Positions 12,681 through 24,570 of a stretch of 64,000 nt of DNA are shown here, piece by piece (within the stretch, counting starts at the first letter, position 1; every line of letters begins with the position of its first letter). Origin of the DNA: Gonapodya sp. JEL0774 (Eukaryota); the NCBI GenBank assembly GCA_027604505.1, contig JADIIX010000042.1, positions 62,001 to 126,000 of the forward strand. The letters are read 5' to 3'. The position numbers and the translations under genes are program-made. Under the pieces are notes generated by a model that saw only the letters and a program-made list of their open reading frames with translations, ran no database searches and was not told where the DNA came from.

Positions 12681-14814
12681 TTACGATACCTCCATCGCAT
12701 CTCCTGCCGGCACAACCTCAACCAGTTCTCGCAAAGGCTTTGTTTTCAAAACGGCTGAAAAAAATCGGTTGGTCACCATTGTTGTCGGTGAAGCGCACAG
12801 AGGCAACGACCAAATGGGCAAGACCACACACACTTGCACCCACACCATTTCCCCTCCCCTCAAACATTCCAGACACTTCCGGAAAAAGCTGAACGCCACG
12901 CCACGGGCACCATGTCCTAGTACGCCGCCCCCAATCTCATCTACAACTTACCTGTTGCGCCCCTTTCGAACTTATAGCTCTTCTCCTTTGTCGCCCTCTC
13001 ATTCGGCTTGGCAAAGTTTCTGTACCGGTCAACTTTTCCCTTGGTTATAACTGTGACGTCCACGTTCGAACCAGAGCCGAGATCGTTAAAGATACCGGCC
13101 TCGATGGCTTCACGGACCAGGGCAATAGCTTCCTCACGCTGAATGAAAGTCGGAGGAAGAGACGAACGGGTACATTAACACAGATGAGAGCATGATGGTA
13201 AAGGGGTGAGAGATGGTAGAACGGTAAAGAGCGAGGAGGAAGGAATATTGAGAGAGAATTCACCACCATTCTCGCTTAGTATTCAGCAGACAGACATTCC
13301 ACTCACCTCTAAGTCCTGCTTCCAACCCCTCTCAAACACCGCCATGGCCGCCAGACTCCCACTGCCCATTGTCACGTACGGAAGTTTGTCGGTGGATCCG
13401 TGAGGGTAGATGGTGAAAAGTGACGGACCGTTCAGGTCGTATCCCCCGAGAATCAGCGCTGCGCCGATATGCCCTTGATACCTGGATTGGAAAGTGAGAG
13501 AATTGTAGCCGGAACGTAGGTGGAACTGAAGTTAGTAGCAGGTTAACGATTATCTGACCAAGTCGACCGTCCGTTCGCTTTTGTTCCACTTTCACAAACG
13601 CGGTACAAGAAACGGCTCAACATCCATCCATCATCCCCCTCTTTGTGAATTGAGAGAGACTTATTCTCCGTGTCACTTTCCATCTCCCAACCCAACTTCG
13701 TTTACAACCAATCTCACCTAAACAACATTTGCTTCAACATAGTTAACGCTGTGGCAACTCTCGCCTCCCTTCCTGTGCTCATCCGGTGCATCTCCAGTTT
13801 AGAGCTGATTAGCGCGGTGGTGAACTCAGTGTCGGCAGCTGTGCCGGCGCCGCAGCAGTACATGTTGGGTGCCAGGTAGTGGATTTTTTCGCAGTTCTTG
13901 TCAGCGACGATGGGACCTTCGGTTGCGCGAGTGTCAGCGCCGAGAACAATGCCATCCTGTGGTGAATGAAGAAGGGAAAGAATCCACTGTGAGCTGAGCG
14001 CACCAAATCGCCATTCCCAACCCAAGGGAGCTCAGGCGCTCCCGGACAAACCACTCGCTCCTTTCCAATGTTATGTCGAAGATAAAAATGGGACTTTCCA
14101 GCAAAGACACTCTTCTGTGGGTCTCCACCTGTTGGTCTGCCTTCAGCTACTTTTCCCCAACGCAGTTGCAAGTTCACGCTGCCTATCTTTTTCATTTGTC
14201 ATCGCCATTTTCACTAGTATGGCAATTTTCTTCCCAAAAATGGCCACCGGATATATCACGATACCGGCGTGCTCCTTTGACTGTGTGGAACTCAAACAAT
14301 TGTTCTGGAGAAGCTGAGCCATTCTCTGAGTGATGATAATCCTCTTTGCAGCTTCGCCTATCCTCAGAAGCGCCAACACTCCTGAGGGAGTGTGAATCTA
14401 TTCTCGAATACACCAGTTGGTAGTTTCCTCAGATTGCAACACTTTCGAGCATATGAACCGTCCAAAACCACTGTTCACCTCGACGCCAAAAACAAATCCA
14501 CGATAGCGAAATACTCATGCGCGTATCTTGAGTGTCTCACCTTGAAAACAAGACCGCAAATGGTGGTTCCAGTCTTGCGAGTGATTGGTGCTTTGACGCC
14601 CTTGCTCTCGAGAACAGAATTCCTGAGGGCCGAAAGCGCAGAAACACAAGCGGTAAGAATCAACATCGGGAGGATTCAATGCGGAGAGTTGGGGGATTCA
14701 GCGGAAGGAGCTTAAGTTTCAACAGCCTTCACCAGAAGCCAGGGAAGTTAGAATGCACCTGAGGAAGTTTTCGAAGTTGAAGCCCCCCTGGAAATTGGGC
14801 ACCGTCGACGTCAT
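12681..14814 (-). CDS. PUP1: 20S proteasome subunit beta type-2 (trypsin-like; PUP1/PSMB7)
   Basis: Propeptide [11 protein letters not shown], catalytic [34 protein letters not shown] and [23 protein letters not shown]. Confidence 0.95.
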
Positions 14815-14961
14815 TGCGAATTGTGAAGAAGTGGTAAGGGAGAGTAATGTTGATACAAACTTGCGCTACCTGTGTAGTTCACCACAAACACACGCACACA
14901 TATAAGTACCGAGGACATATTATGAGCACATAACGAGTCCACAGACAAATCACGAAGCACG
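14815..14961. promoter_or_regulatory. Putative compact bidirectional promoter
   Basis: 147 nt between the divergent start codons of PUP1 (14814) and the AN1 zinc-finger gene (14962); contains a TATAAG element. Confidence 0.55.
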
Positions 14962-16467
14962 ATGGAGCTACCGCATATCGGTGAGCTCGAACGCAGCGGT
15001 CCCGCAATTTGGATTGGTTTAATACGCGGATGGAGGGCAATTCTCGCGATCGGGATGCTAAGCTCACCCATTCGATCGCTCACATCAACTTCTTTGATTG
15101 TTAGGGGTGCAGTGTGCTAATGCTACGTGCTCCCAGCTCGACTTCCTCCCATTCACTTGCCAGTTCTGTAAGCGAAAGTACTGCTCAGACCATTGGAAAC
15201 TTCAGGACCACGAATGCCCCAACAAAGCCGACGCATTACTATTGGATCACAGGGCTACCGTTTGTCCATTGTGTGATAATGTAGTACCTGTCGCCAGGGG
15301 CGAGGATCCGAATGGAAAGGTACTTATGTAGGATATGTTAAAGGAAGCGGTTAGAATGGATTCAAGTCACCGACAACATTCGCCACTATGGTGGTTCACT
15401 TAAAGAGCTTGGGATTCCAATGGACGGATCCTCGAATTGGGATTTCGTTTATAGAAACAACGAAGAATGCTAGGCCGTCGTCTTGGTGGAATGAGTCTGG
15501 AAGCGTTCCATGTGTCACGCTGTTCCGGAACGAGTTAGAATCTAACGTTCGGGAAGCTTGCGATACTCACGCTATTCGGGATGAGCCAGAATCTAACATG
15601 ATTCTTCCTTTACCTTGCGAAGGTGGACCTCCACATCCAAAACGGCTGTACTGTAGGAATCTCAGGTGGTGGTCCGTCGCGAGGTGGTCTGGAGGGACGC
15701 TGCGGGCTTAAAAAGTGTGGGCAAAAGAGCACCGTGATGGTGCGATGTGAGAACTGCGGAATTATACATTGCGTACGGCATAGGAATGTGAGTAATGCAA
15801 CACTTACTATATTTTGGAAAGGCAACTGCGAGTGGAGGGTTGGAATTCCGAAATTGTGTTGGAAAACATGGGGAGTCACTTCGGAATTCGTGTGAAGGCA
15901 CGGAAACCGGAAACTTCCTTTCAGATCGGTCTAATCGCATTTTGTCTATTTTGCAAGCCCCGTGACCATGGCTGTCCCTCCTTGTCTCTCCCAGCGTCGG
16001 GTCCCCAATCGCGCACTCCGTCCCCAAACCCGTCCTCCTCATCTTCCAAAACACAACCGCAAAATCAAGCCAAACCCTCTGAAACTAGCACTTCGACTCC
16101 TGCTGCTCGTGCGGCCTTAGCGCGCCAACAGGCCTCCGCTACCGCCCGAGGCACACCTAGGTCATCTCAACCTCCGATACGCACACCTCCAACCCGCTCC
16201 AATCCATCTCTCGCCTCATTACCCGCCACTTCGCTATCCGAATCTGATCAACTCGCGCTCGCACTGGCCCTGTCTACAGCCTCCACAGACGAGGATGAAC
16301 AGATGCGGTTAGCGTTGGCGCTGTCTAAGGCTGAGGCCGATGGGTCTGTGGCTGGGAGCGCAAACAATCCCGGAGCACAGAGGAGTAGAAAGGGCACAGA
16401 GTCGTCAGGTGGGAGTCGGCGGAGCGGTGGAGGGAAGAAGGAGGATGAGGGTTGTACTGTGACATGA
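14962..16467 (+). CDS. AN1-type zinc finger protein, ZFAND2B/AIRAPL-like (two AN1 fingers, tandem UIMs, C-terminal CaaX)
   Basis: MELPHIG|VQCANATCSQLDFLPFTCQFCKRKYCSDH; second finger CENCGIIHCVRHR; UIM-like SESDQLALALALS and DEDEQMRLALALS; ends CTVT-stop. Confidence 0.88.
15515..15597. repeat. Intronic imperfect direct repeat, period about 52 nt
   Basis: tcacgctgttccggaacgagttagaatctaac and tcacgctattcgggatgagccagaatctaac. Confidence 0.7.
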
Positions 16468-16879
16468 TAGTGGTCTTCGTGCCCAGTCGCCTAGGCGTGT
16501 TTCGTAAATATATTACTGCGTGTGAATGTCAAATTATTACATGACGGCTTGATGATCTCAATCGATGAGTTTCAACTTCGGGGTGCGAATTCAGACTGGG
16601 TGCATCCAAATCGCGCGGAACATCATGAGACAGTGAGATGGCACAGAACAATGCAACGAATTGAAAGTGAAAGGATTGAAATAATGTTGATTACGTGCTA
16701 TTTACATTTGGCACAAGTGGTGATATATGCTATGCACGAGTACAGACTAGCATTAATGACCTCCCCTCAAATTTGAGACTCAAAACTTTCGCCAGCCCGC
16801 TTGACGACGACGGTAACATTGTGTCCTTTCCCTGCAACCATGGCTTTAAAGTTCCTGCATCTATGCCTTCAACAGAAAG

Positions 16880-17380
16880 CTATCCCACCCGGACCTCGAG
16901 AGGCGATATCTCTGGGAAACCTGCATCGGGAGACGGAGACCTCGTCACACGCGTATTCGCGGAGACGGGGGATTCACCAGGCATATTCGAATCCTTTGAA
17001 TGTTTTCGAGTGGCGGTGCTATAAGGTTCGGAGGAACGCTGGCCTCGAAGAGCAGGCGAGGGCGACCGACGCATAGGCCCGGAGCTATCAGAGTTAATGG
17101 ATGCCTGGCTACGACGTTTGGATGGTGTATAACGACGGCGATTATCCTGGCGTAAAGTAAAGTGTGCGCTGAGTTGAGTACTCATAATCTATTTTCACAA
17201 CCAAAGAACCATTATACACACCTCTGGAGCATAGTAGAATGAGTGAGAACTCTCCGCAAAGACTTGAAGTGTATTGATGAGCCCGCATTGCGAGCAAACG
17301 ATGCTTCCGGAATCCTCAACTAGATGCGCAGCAGTGCGGCAGTCCCGGCATACTGTAGGGGGTAACTTCGCTTCGGGCAT
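16880..17380 (-). CDS. Small protein with TFIIB/Rrn7-type zinc ribbon
   Basis: MPEAKLPPTVCRDCRTAAHLVEDSGSIVCSQCG; short GT-AG intron near 17189-17221 joins a basic Ser/Arg-rich exon; 3' end uncertain. Confidence 0.55.
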
Positions 17381-18127
17381 CTCGACATCCAACACCGCAG
17401 AACCTTTACGGGCCTCAATAAGGGCTTCCTCGGCTAAGCGGAACAGATACGAGATGCTCACTTCGGTTCCTGGAACAACTGTCATCTCTCGGAAACAAAT
17501 GTGGTAGGACAGTGAAGAGGGTTTGACAACTTGATGTTGATTGAGTTGATGTTCTTCTTGCACGGCTCTAGAAAGAGGGTGCTGCGATTTGACTTGGACT
17601 TGATGGCGTCGAATTCGTGGATTTCGAGAATGGCTGCGCGTTGGCCCTTTTATGCTTGCCTGTGCCACATTCGCCACAAACAAAGCTTTCAGAGTTTCAC
17701 TTTTATCAAGCATCGAAACGCTCCAAATCGAGCGAAGAAAATACGGTACACGACTGCAATGAGTGTAACAGAGATGCGTGAGACAGAGCTGGAAGTTCTA
17801 AATGGGAAACCGGCATACCGACTCCATCGGTGAAGGCTGTTTCAAATCACGCCAGTCGCACTGAGATTGTGCGATTTAGCTGAGAAAAGCTGCAGGCTTC
17901 ATTTAGCTACTGTGGTGGGGCTGCCGATAGAAGGCTGTTGGTGTGTAGAAATTTTCACACTGGTATGAACAGTGCCTCCAAGCCGTCAACTTGTCATCAT
18001 CTATTATGTTTCGTGATGGTGTGCAGCGTGCAGCATCAGTGGAGAGTGACGATTGGTTTGAGTTTGTGCAGCACGAGAGCAAGAGACCACCTGAGCCAGT
18101 GATACAACATCCACTCCTCCCCTTTCA

Positions 18128-18752
18128 ATGGCTTTGACCCTGATCGAATCTTTGACTCGGCCTGCGATGCGCGCGACAACTGCGTGCGCATTGCAGATTC
18201 AGCTGAGCAGATCAACCTTCTCTGATCCTCCATCCCAAATCGTCAGTCCTTCTCCCGCACACTGGAGTAGAACTCACCGAACACAATTCAGAATGGAACA
18301 CATGCAACGACGTGGAATAGCGTCGGTGTCACACCAGTCCCTTCGTTCCTCGGTTGCATCGCCCTCTTCCTTCATCCTTCCCTACCCTATCACTCTCCCG
18401 CCAATCGCAACAAGCACCGTCCAGTTATCCTCACAGCAACGCTCTATCGCTATTTTTGGTCGCAAATATAAGCTGAAAACTCATTCTGGCGCCAAAAAGC
18501 GGTGGGTGACCGTGAATTTGTCCTTCGTATTGAACAGACATCACGCTCCCCCATTCTACCCATCGCACCCGACTTGCCAATACCCTCAGCTTCAAACCCA
18601 TTTCTAATGGACAGTTCAAACGCTGGCCCTCTGGTGGCCACCACAACAAGCGCAAGCTTCGAATAAAGTCCAGGCGATTGAAACGGAAACCGATTCTTGT
18701 ACCACACGCATGGCAGCGAAAGGTGCTGAGGAGACTCATGCCCTACTCGTAG
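18128..18752 (+). CDS. Mitochondrial ribosomal protein bL35m (start approximate)
   Basis: YKLKTHSGAKKRW, then an intron, then GQFKRWPSGGHHNKRK...RKVLRRLMPYS-stop; typical L35 signature after a presequence-like N-terminus. Confidence 0.8.
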
Positions 18753-19075
18753 ATTTGAGGGTACGGAACTTGTTTTTAAGATGGGACTGTGAGGTGGTGC
18801 GATGGCTGCTGTTTGTGGAACACTGGAAGATTCACCATGGCTGCCAGCGGAGACGGTGCTGTTGAAGAGACAGGCGGTTATCCTTGCCTTTTGGAAGCGG
18901 GAGGTTTCTATACCTATTTTTCTCGCGTTCTTTCATGGACGACGTCACTCTTATGTAAATGGCCACTGCCCAACTTTAACACCTACACACCTTGAAATTT
19001 GTACATGACCATGTCAATGACCAGCTATATACATTAAACAGGAAAGACGTCCCATTCCAGTCCCCACTGTGACTA

Positions 19076-20393
19076 CTATAAAATCTCAATTGACCCAGTC
19101 TCCAGCAATCTTCGGACAGTCCGGTACTTCATAATGTACACATTGTTAGCCTGCATGTCCACTGCATCAGGACTGTCGTGAAGAATGTACAAGTGAGAAA
19201 ATGTGTGGATGGAGGGGGTTGGGGGTGGTAAGGGATAGTATGGGATGTGTGAAGTCATCGAGAAGGAGTGTCGTGCCGGTGGACAAAATAGCGAAAGAAA
19301 TTCACGAAGCCATCGAAGAAAGGGTGTGCCGGGAGGACAACAGGATGTGCGACGTGATGGGAGCGATGTCCTCTTTGAGAGAGCAAACATTAATTGTGTG
19401 CTTTGGAGTCGACCCACCCATCGTCCACCACAAAGTTCCCAACATTCCGTTTGACTCTAAAGTAGACGGACTCCGTGAAATCAGGCATGCTCACTGCGCC
19501 GCATCATCCGAGTAGTCAGATTGTTGCCGATCACGGGGAGATTGGAGGGACCAAGTCATGAGACGTAGTGTCAGCTAGCTTGATAACCTGAAATAGCCCG
19601 TCCAACAAAGGCCAAGCTCACCCATACTCAGTCCCTGCGAACGTTCGTCCATTCTCTGCAAACTCGCGGGTAACCTGTCCAGACAGGCGCGCCGATAAAC
19701 GCGCTCCTGAAGGGCAACAAATCTGTAGTGGGTCCGGAGTATGCGAATATGGGTTGGAGTAATGGTCCACTCTCGCGAGGAGTGGCATTTGTAAGTATAT
19801 GCCAACTTACTGTTGTGCAAATGCCTGTTCGTTGAGTGACATCTTCGCCCGCTCACGGTCTGAGGAAAGAAAATACTGGGCAAACTTCTCTATCTGTCGT
19901 TTTTCGTGGGGAATTGTGTTGGTAGTCGACCAGAATTCTCGAATCAACTCCCCAACGGTTGCTCTGAACGAAGAACATCTCACCTTGTCCAACCTCACCC
20001 TCAGCAAACTCCGCATAAGAAACTTCAGCTGCTCTACCTCCTCCATTAGTAGCTGTGCGACGAACGCCTGCTGGGGATCTCCCCCTTGATTCATGTCCTC
20101 GATAATCTGACCCTGGTCTCGCTGTTCAATGGCAACATCCATAACTAGCACCACCGCCAGGAATGGTTCACCTGCGTTTCAATCATCTCCATAACATCAT
20201 GAACGAGATCCTCCGGGTAGGCACGAAGCTCCGGTGCGAAACGCTCGGCAATCCACGCCTGGACGAGTCTGGGAACATCCTCGTTCTCGAAACTTTCGCC
20301 AACAATGTCAGCAGGGTCCAGTGAGGAATCGAATGTTAAGTCGAGATCGGCATAATTCGGCATAGCCGATGCTGGAAAGGAGGAAGGTAGCAT
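19076..20393 (-). CDS. SLD5: GINS complex subunit Sld5 (GINS4)
   Basis: LVQAWIAERFAPELRAY, EVEQLKFLMRSLLRVRLDKIEKF and C-terminal YIMKYRTVRRLLETGSIEIL. Confidence 0.88.
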
Positions 20394-21056
20394 TGCAGAT
20401 GTCGGATGAAATTCGATTGCACGATTTATTTGTGTTTCGAACACATCAGAAGGCTGGAAAAATTTGAGACACACGACACCATCGTGTCGGAACTATCCTT
20501 CTGTTCTTTAGATCGCGCAAGACTTGGAGCATTCAACGGCAATACATCAATGTTCCTGGACCACTGGGGTCTAGTACAGTAATTGCCGTGTATGTATGCT
20601 TGCTTTGAGCGTTTGGGTGTGAACTCACTTTCGAATGTCGAATTCAGAGGTGAAAATGTTGATACGTCAGAGGTGCAGAGAAAATACGAAACTCCGCGGA
20701 GATCACTTGTTCACACCACATTATTGCTCAAACAAACGGGCCACAGGAACCACATGCATCTTAGAGTTTACAACGGGAACTCACACTTGACTGGCTTGAT
20801 TATTGTAATGTCCGTTTTGACCCAGAAATTGAGGGAGATATGATGAAACCAGCACAGAGGAAAACCTGACAAAATAAGAATAAACCAAGAAACACAATAT
20901 TCAATCTCCACAAATGAAAACGCAAACACATGTGCGCACTCCAGAGTTGGTGGGGAACACGGGTGTCACCTGCTGTCCTCCTCTCCCACCCGGTGCCTCC
21001 CGACTGTCCCGCTCAAACGATTCAGGCCTTTTTTTGCAGCGAAAAATCCCAGACAA

Positions 21057-23802
21057 ATGCCTCCCACCAAGAAGCCACCAAAATCGACATCTGGAAACTC
21101 TCAGTACGGGGCAGCAAAGCGAGGACTGGTGGGCATTGACGACGAAAGGGGGACCTCCTGTTGATTGGCATATTCTTACCTACGAATCATCCTGCGGTGA
21201 CACACAATTGGACCGATCAGCCGTGTGATGGATGTAGGCAAGCACGAGAACGATGCGACAGGAACTCGCCCTGTCGCCGGTGCCATGAAAAGGGGATTCC
21301 ATGTGTCACGGGTAAGGGGGAGCTCAATCACGTTGCCTGAAGCCTCCCTTCGCCACGTCAACATACTCTCACTTGTTGCTTCAGAGCGAGAGATCCGTCG
21401 ACCAGGACCTCGAAAAGGCTGGCTTGAGTCCCTCTACTCGCGTGTACTCCGAATCGACGGGATGCGGGCACAACTCGACAAGTCTGCATTTGCTGAGTCG
21501 TTTCTGGGGGACAAGACGACATACGAGTTAGTGGAAGCAGCACTAAGGCGAATTGAAAGCTACTTTGAGGTTCTAGTGGCGTCGTCGTCGGAAGCGGGCT
21601 ACCGACACACGAGCATCACGGCACCGGCGTCCACACCAGCAACTGTTCCTCGTCTCGGCCGACCGTCATCATCAAGCGATGAGAGCTCCGATGAAGACTT
21701 TCCGCACTATTTAGCACCACCTGCAGTACCGATAGCTCCACCAAGGATTTCTGAAGCCGCGGATATTAATGTGAAACAGTACATGGAGGTCTTCAACACC
21801 CCTTCCATGGAGCTTCCCCTAGAGCAGTATGCTATGTCCCTGCAGGCGCAGAATGACTCACCGGCTATGCCATTCGGAGGGGTGTTCGAAGTTGCGTCAC
21901 CGGTTTCCTCTGACTCCTCCTCCTCCTCCTCTTCTGATGGTAACACCAATCGAGGCTCATCGTCTGCCGCAGCTGATGCCATTGCAAATTCTCCTGGAAC
22001 TCTGACCGTATCGCCCATCGCCTTGCATCTTGATGAACACGCGAGTATTGGCCCTGGTACGTCCCACTTGTCGATCTCGACTTGCTATGGATCGTGCTCA
22101 ATAAGTTGGATCCGTTTCTTTCTTAGTGCCGAGTGTGGACGTGGCAAACCTTTTTCTGATTCGCTCATTCGCCTACCTACTGACCCATCGCACACTGTAC
22201 CCAACATCGCCGAGGTGTGTGCTGGCCGATTCTTGGTCCACCGCTTTGTCTCTGCCCTGAATCACGAACGACATTCTCTTTTAGCTTTCGTCCAAGCTCG
22301 TTTGCACAGCCGAACCCCTTTCTTTCACACGGTCTCATGTGTTTGGGAGCGATGGTATCGCTCTACCCCCACATGAACCGTTTATCCGCAGAATTTACCG
22401 GATTGAGCTCTCAGCCCATTGTCCAGACGAAATCTGGCAGCCTTCAAAAGCTCCTGACGCAGGGTAATCAGCCGCATACCCAAGACTTGAGTAAATTGTT
22501 CATCTGGACAACCGCCGCTGCCGCAATCATTACCCGGGAAGAGTGTCAGCGATTCGGGGACTTTATTCTCTACCGTTCCCTGCGTATGCTCCGGTGTATC
22601 TTGGACGCACCCCCGGCCACCCGACGACTCGACACGGTGGAGTCCGTCTTGTTCCTCGCGCGGTACGCGAATCTCACAGCACCAGATGCTGTGCTACCCC
22701 TAATCTCCGTGGCTGTGAAAATGGCGAGGGAGCAGGGCTTATTCAAGGAGACTTCACCATATGTATTTGCGGGCTCGAGTGAGCGCGACCGTGTCGAGGA
22801 GGAGGAAGCAAGGAGAAGAACTGGATGGTCAGGTGAGTTGAAGTCTTTGTGTGGCTTCTTCGTAGGTGTGGAAGAGTGTGAACGGCCTGTCGAATTGCGT
22901 TCGAACACAGTCTACCTTGCTGACCGACAAACTGCGATCATGCACAATACGATGCCTTTAATCGAGGAGTGGGAAATGTCATTGAAGATGCCAACTTTGT
23001 GAGTACTTTCGGTTTTCCCTTGCGCCCATGACTAAACTAGAAGGTTGTAACGTCAACTTGAAGGTCAATTGAATGGGAACAATATTTGGGAGCGTCGCCG
23101 CACACTTATTTCACGATAAAAGTGAATACAACGGAGCTGTACCGGGTGAGTCGAAGTCAAAGATGGGGCGTCTTCCCTCTTGTTTGTCCGGGTCGTATGG
23201 AAGTGTCAACGTCGTGTGCTCATTTCGTTTCTTCGTCCCAGATTCTTTCTGGCTTCCTCGAACACCGCAAAGTCTCGATCCAGCTAGGCCAGGACCCGTC
23301 CGATCCCGGATCTCTTCCCAATTACTCAGCCTTTCAACAACGCCTCGCCACTTGGCATGCCGACTTAATTCTCAATGTGGAGCCTGCACCCAAAAACGCC
23401 ATATATCGACGGACATTCCTACTCTTCCATTTCATCGCCATCATCATTAGTTCACCCACAGCAATCATGGACATGCCTGCCGTCTGGATCTCGAGTATCG
23501 CGTTCGCCAACGCCGTGAACAATGCCAAACAGATTGCAGAGCTTCTGAGACTTGAGGACTCGATCATTCACCACTGTAGTTGTCTCGAGATGACTGCGGT
23601 GTACTGGGCCGCAATTGTGCATGCAGCGAGAGCGTTGACGGGGGCCTTCTCTGAGGGAGCTTTGCAGGATCTGAACACACATATTGAGCACCTAGAATTC
23701 ATTGCCGACTTCTGGGTTCGGGTGCCCGTTTACTTGCGCGACTTGAAGCATTTGCGAGCGAGTGTTCTCTGGAAAACAAGTGGAATCTCGGTAAACTCAT
23801 AA
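21057..23802 (+). CDS. Zn2Cys6 transcription factor, paralogue of the gene at 1023-5507
   Basis: Exon 21221-21311 encodes PCDGCRQARERCDRNSPCRRCHEKGIPC; also RRPGPRKGWLES, EEEEARRRTGW and HHCSCLEMTA. Confidence 0.88.
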
Positions 23803-24570
23803 GTTCTCCATATACATCATTCATTTACAAATCACGTGGTATAACATTTGCATCTCCTTCTGAGCAATCCTGCCATAAGTTGTTTTCTTTTTTTTGTTGT
23901 TTCAAAAGAATATATAACCATGAATGAGCGAAAACGCCAACCCGAATAAGAGTTGTGACACGCGCGGAGGACTGTGAGCCGGCTTCTGTGTTCTGTTCCC
24001 ATTCAAATGCAATACGCATTTTTAAACCACTTGATGAGCGGGAAATTTCTATTGCATTCTCAGATATCTTTTGTCACTGATTCCTCCTCAAGGAGTGCTT
24101 GCAAGGGGTGCGGGCGAAGTGATGGGGAGCCACACCCACTTTCCAACCTTGACTCACTGAGCGCTGTGTGAGGCAAAATCCTTTTATAGACCGACGATTC
24201 GCCGTCCACGTCTTTTTTGCAGTCGTCTCTTGACCGTACGCCGTCCACATTCGGCAACTTCAAGGTGAGAGAGAACGCGGAAATCTCACCAAGATTCACC
24301 TTCATACGGGGCTGGAAAGGAAGTCGAATCTCTGGCGGCGGGGTCAACGAAATCGTGAATCGGCGCCTGCGGCTCATGGGAAAGTTCCACGGCGGCCGTT
24401 GGGTGCAGTTTGATTGGGTCAGGAACGACGACGGACGGCTGAAACGACATGTCACTGATGTCCAACCGTCAAAATACATCTCTCACACCATTTTCGATCA
24501 CGACCCGCTACCCTTCATCTCCATCCAAATATGATAGCCTCTGCTTTTATCTGGATCGAACTACGGTTTC

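Noticed and set aside
14085..14150. GCUGAAGGC and GGAAAGUCCC on the minus strand resemble RNase MRP RNA
   Set aside because: No complementary GGGGCU-type P4 partner downstream and too little space; kept only as part of the general intron finding
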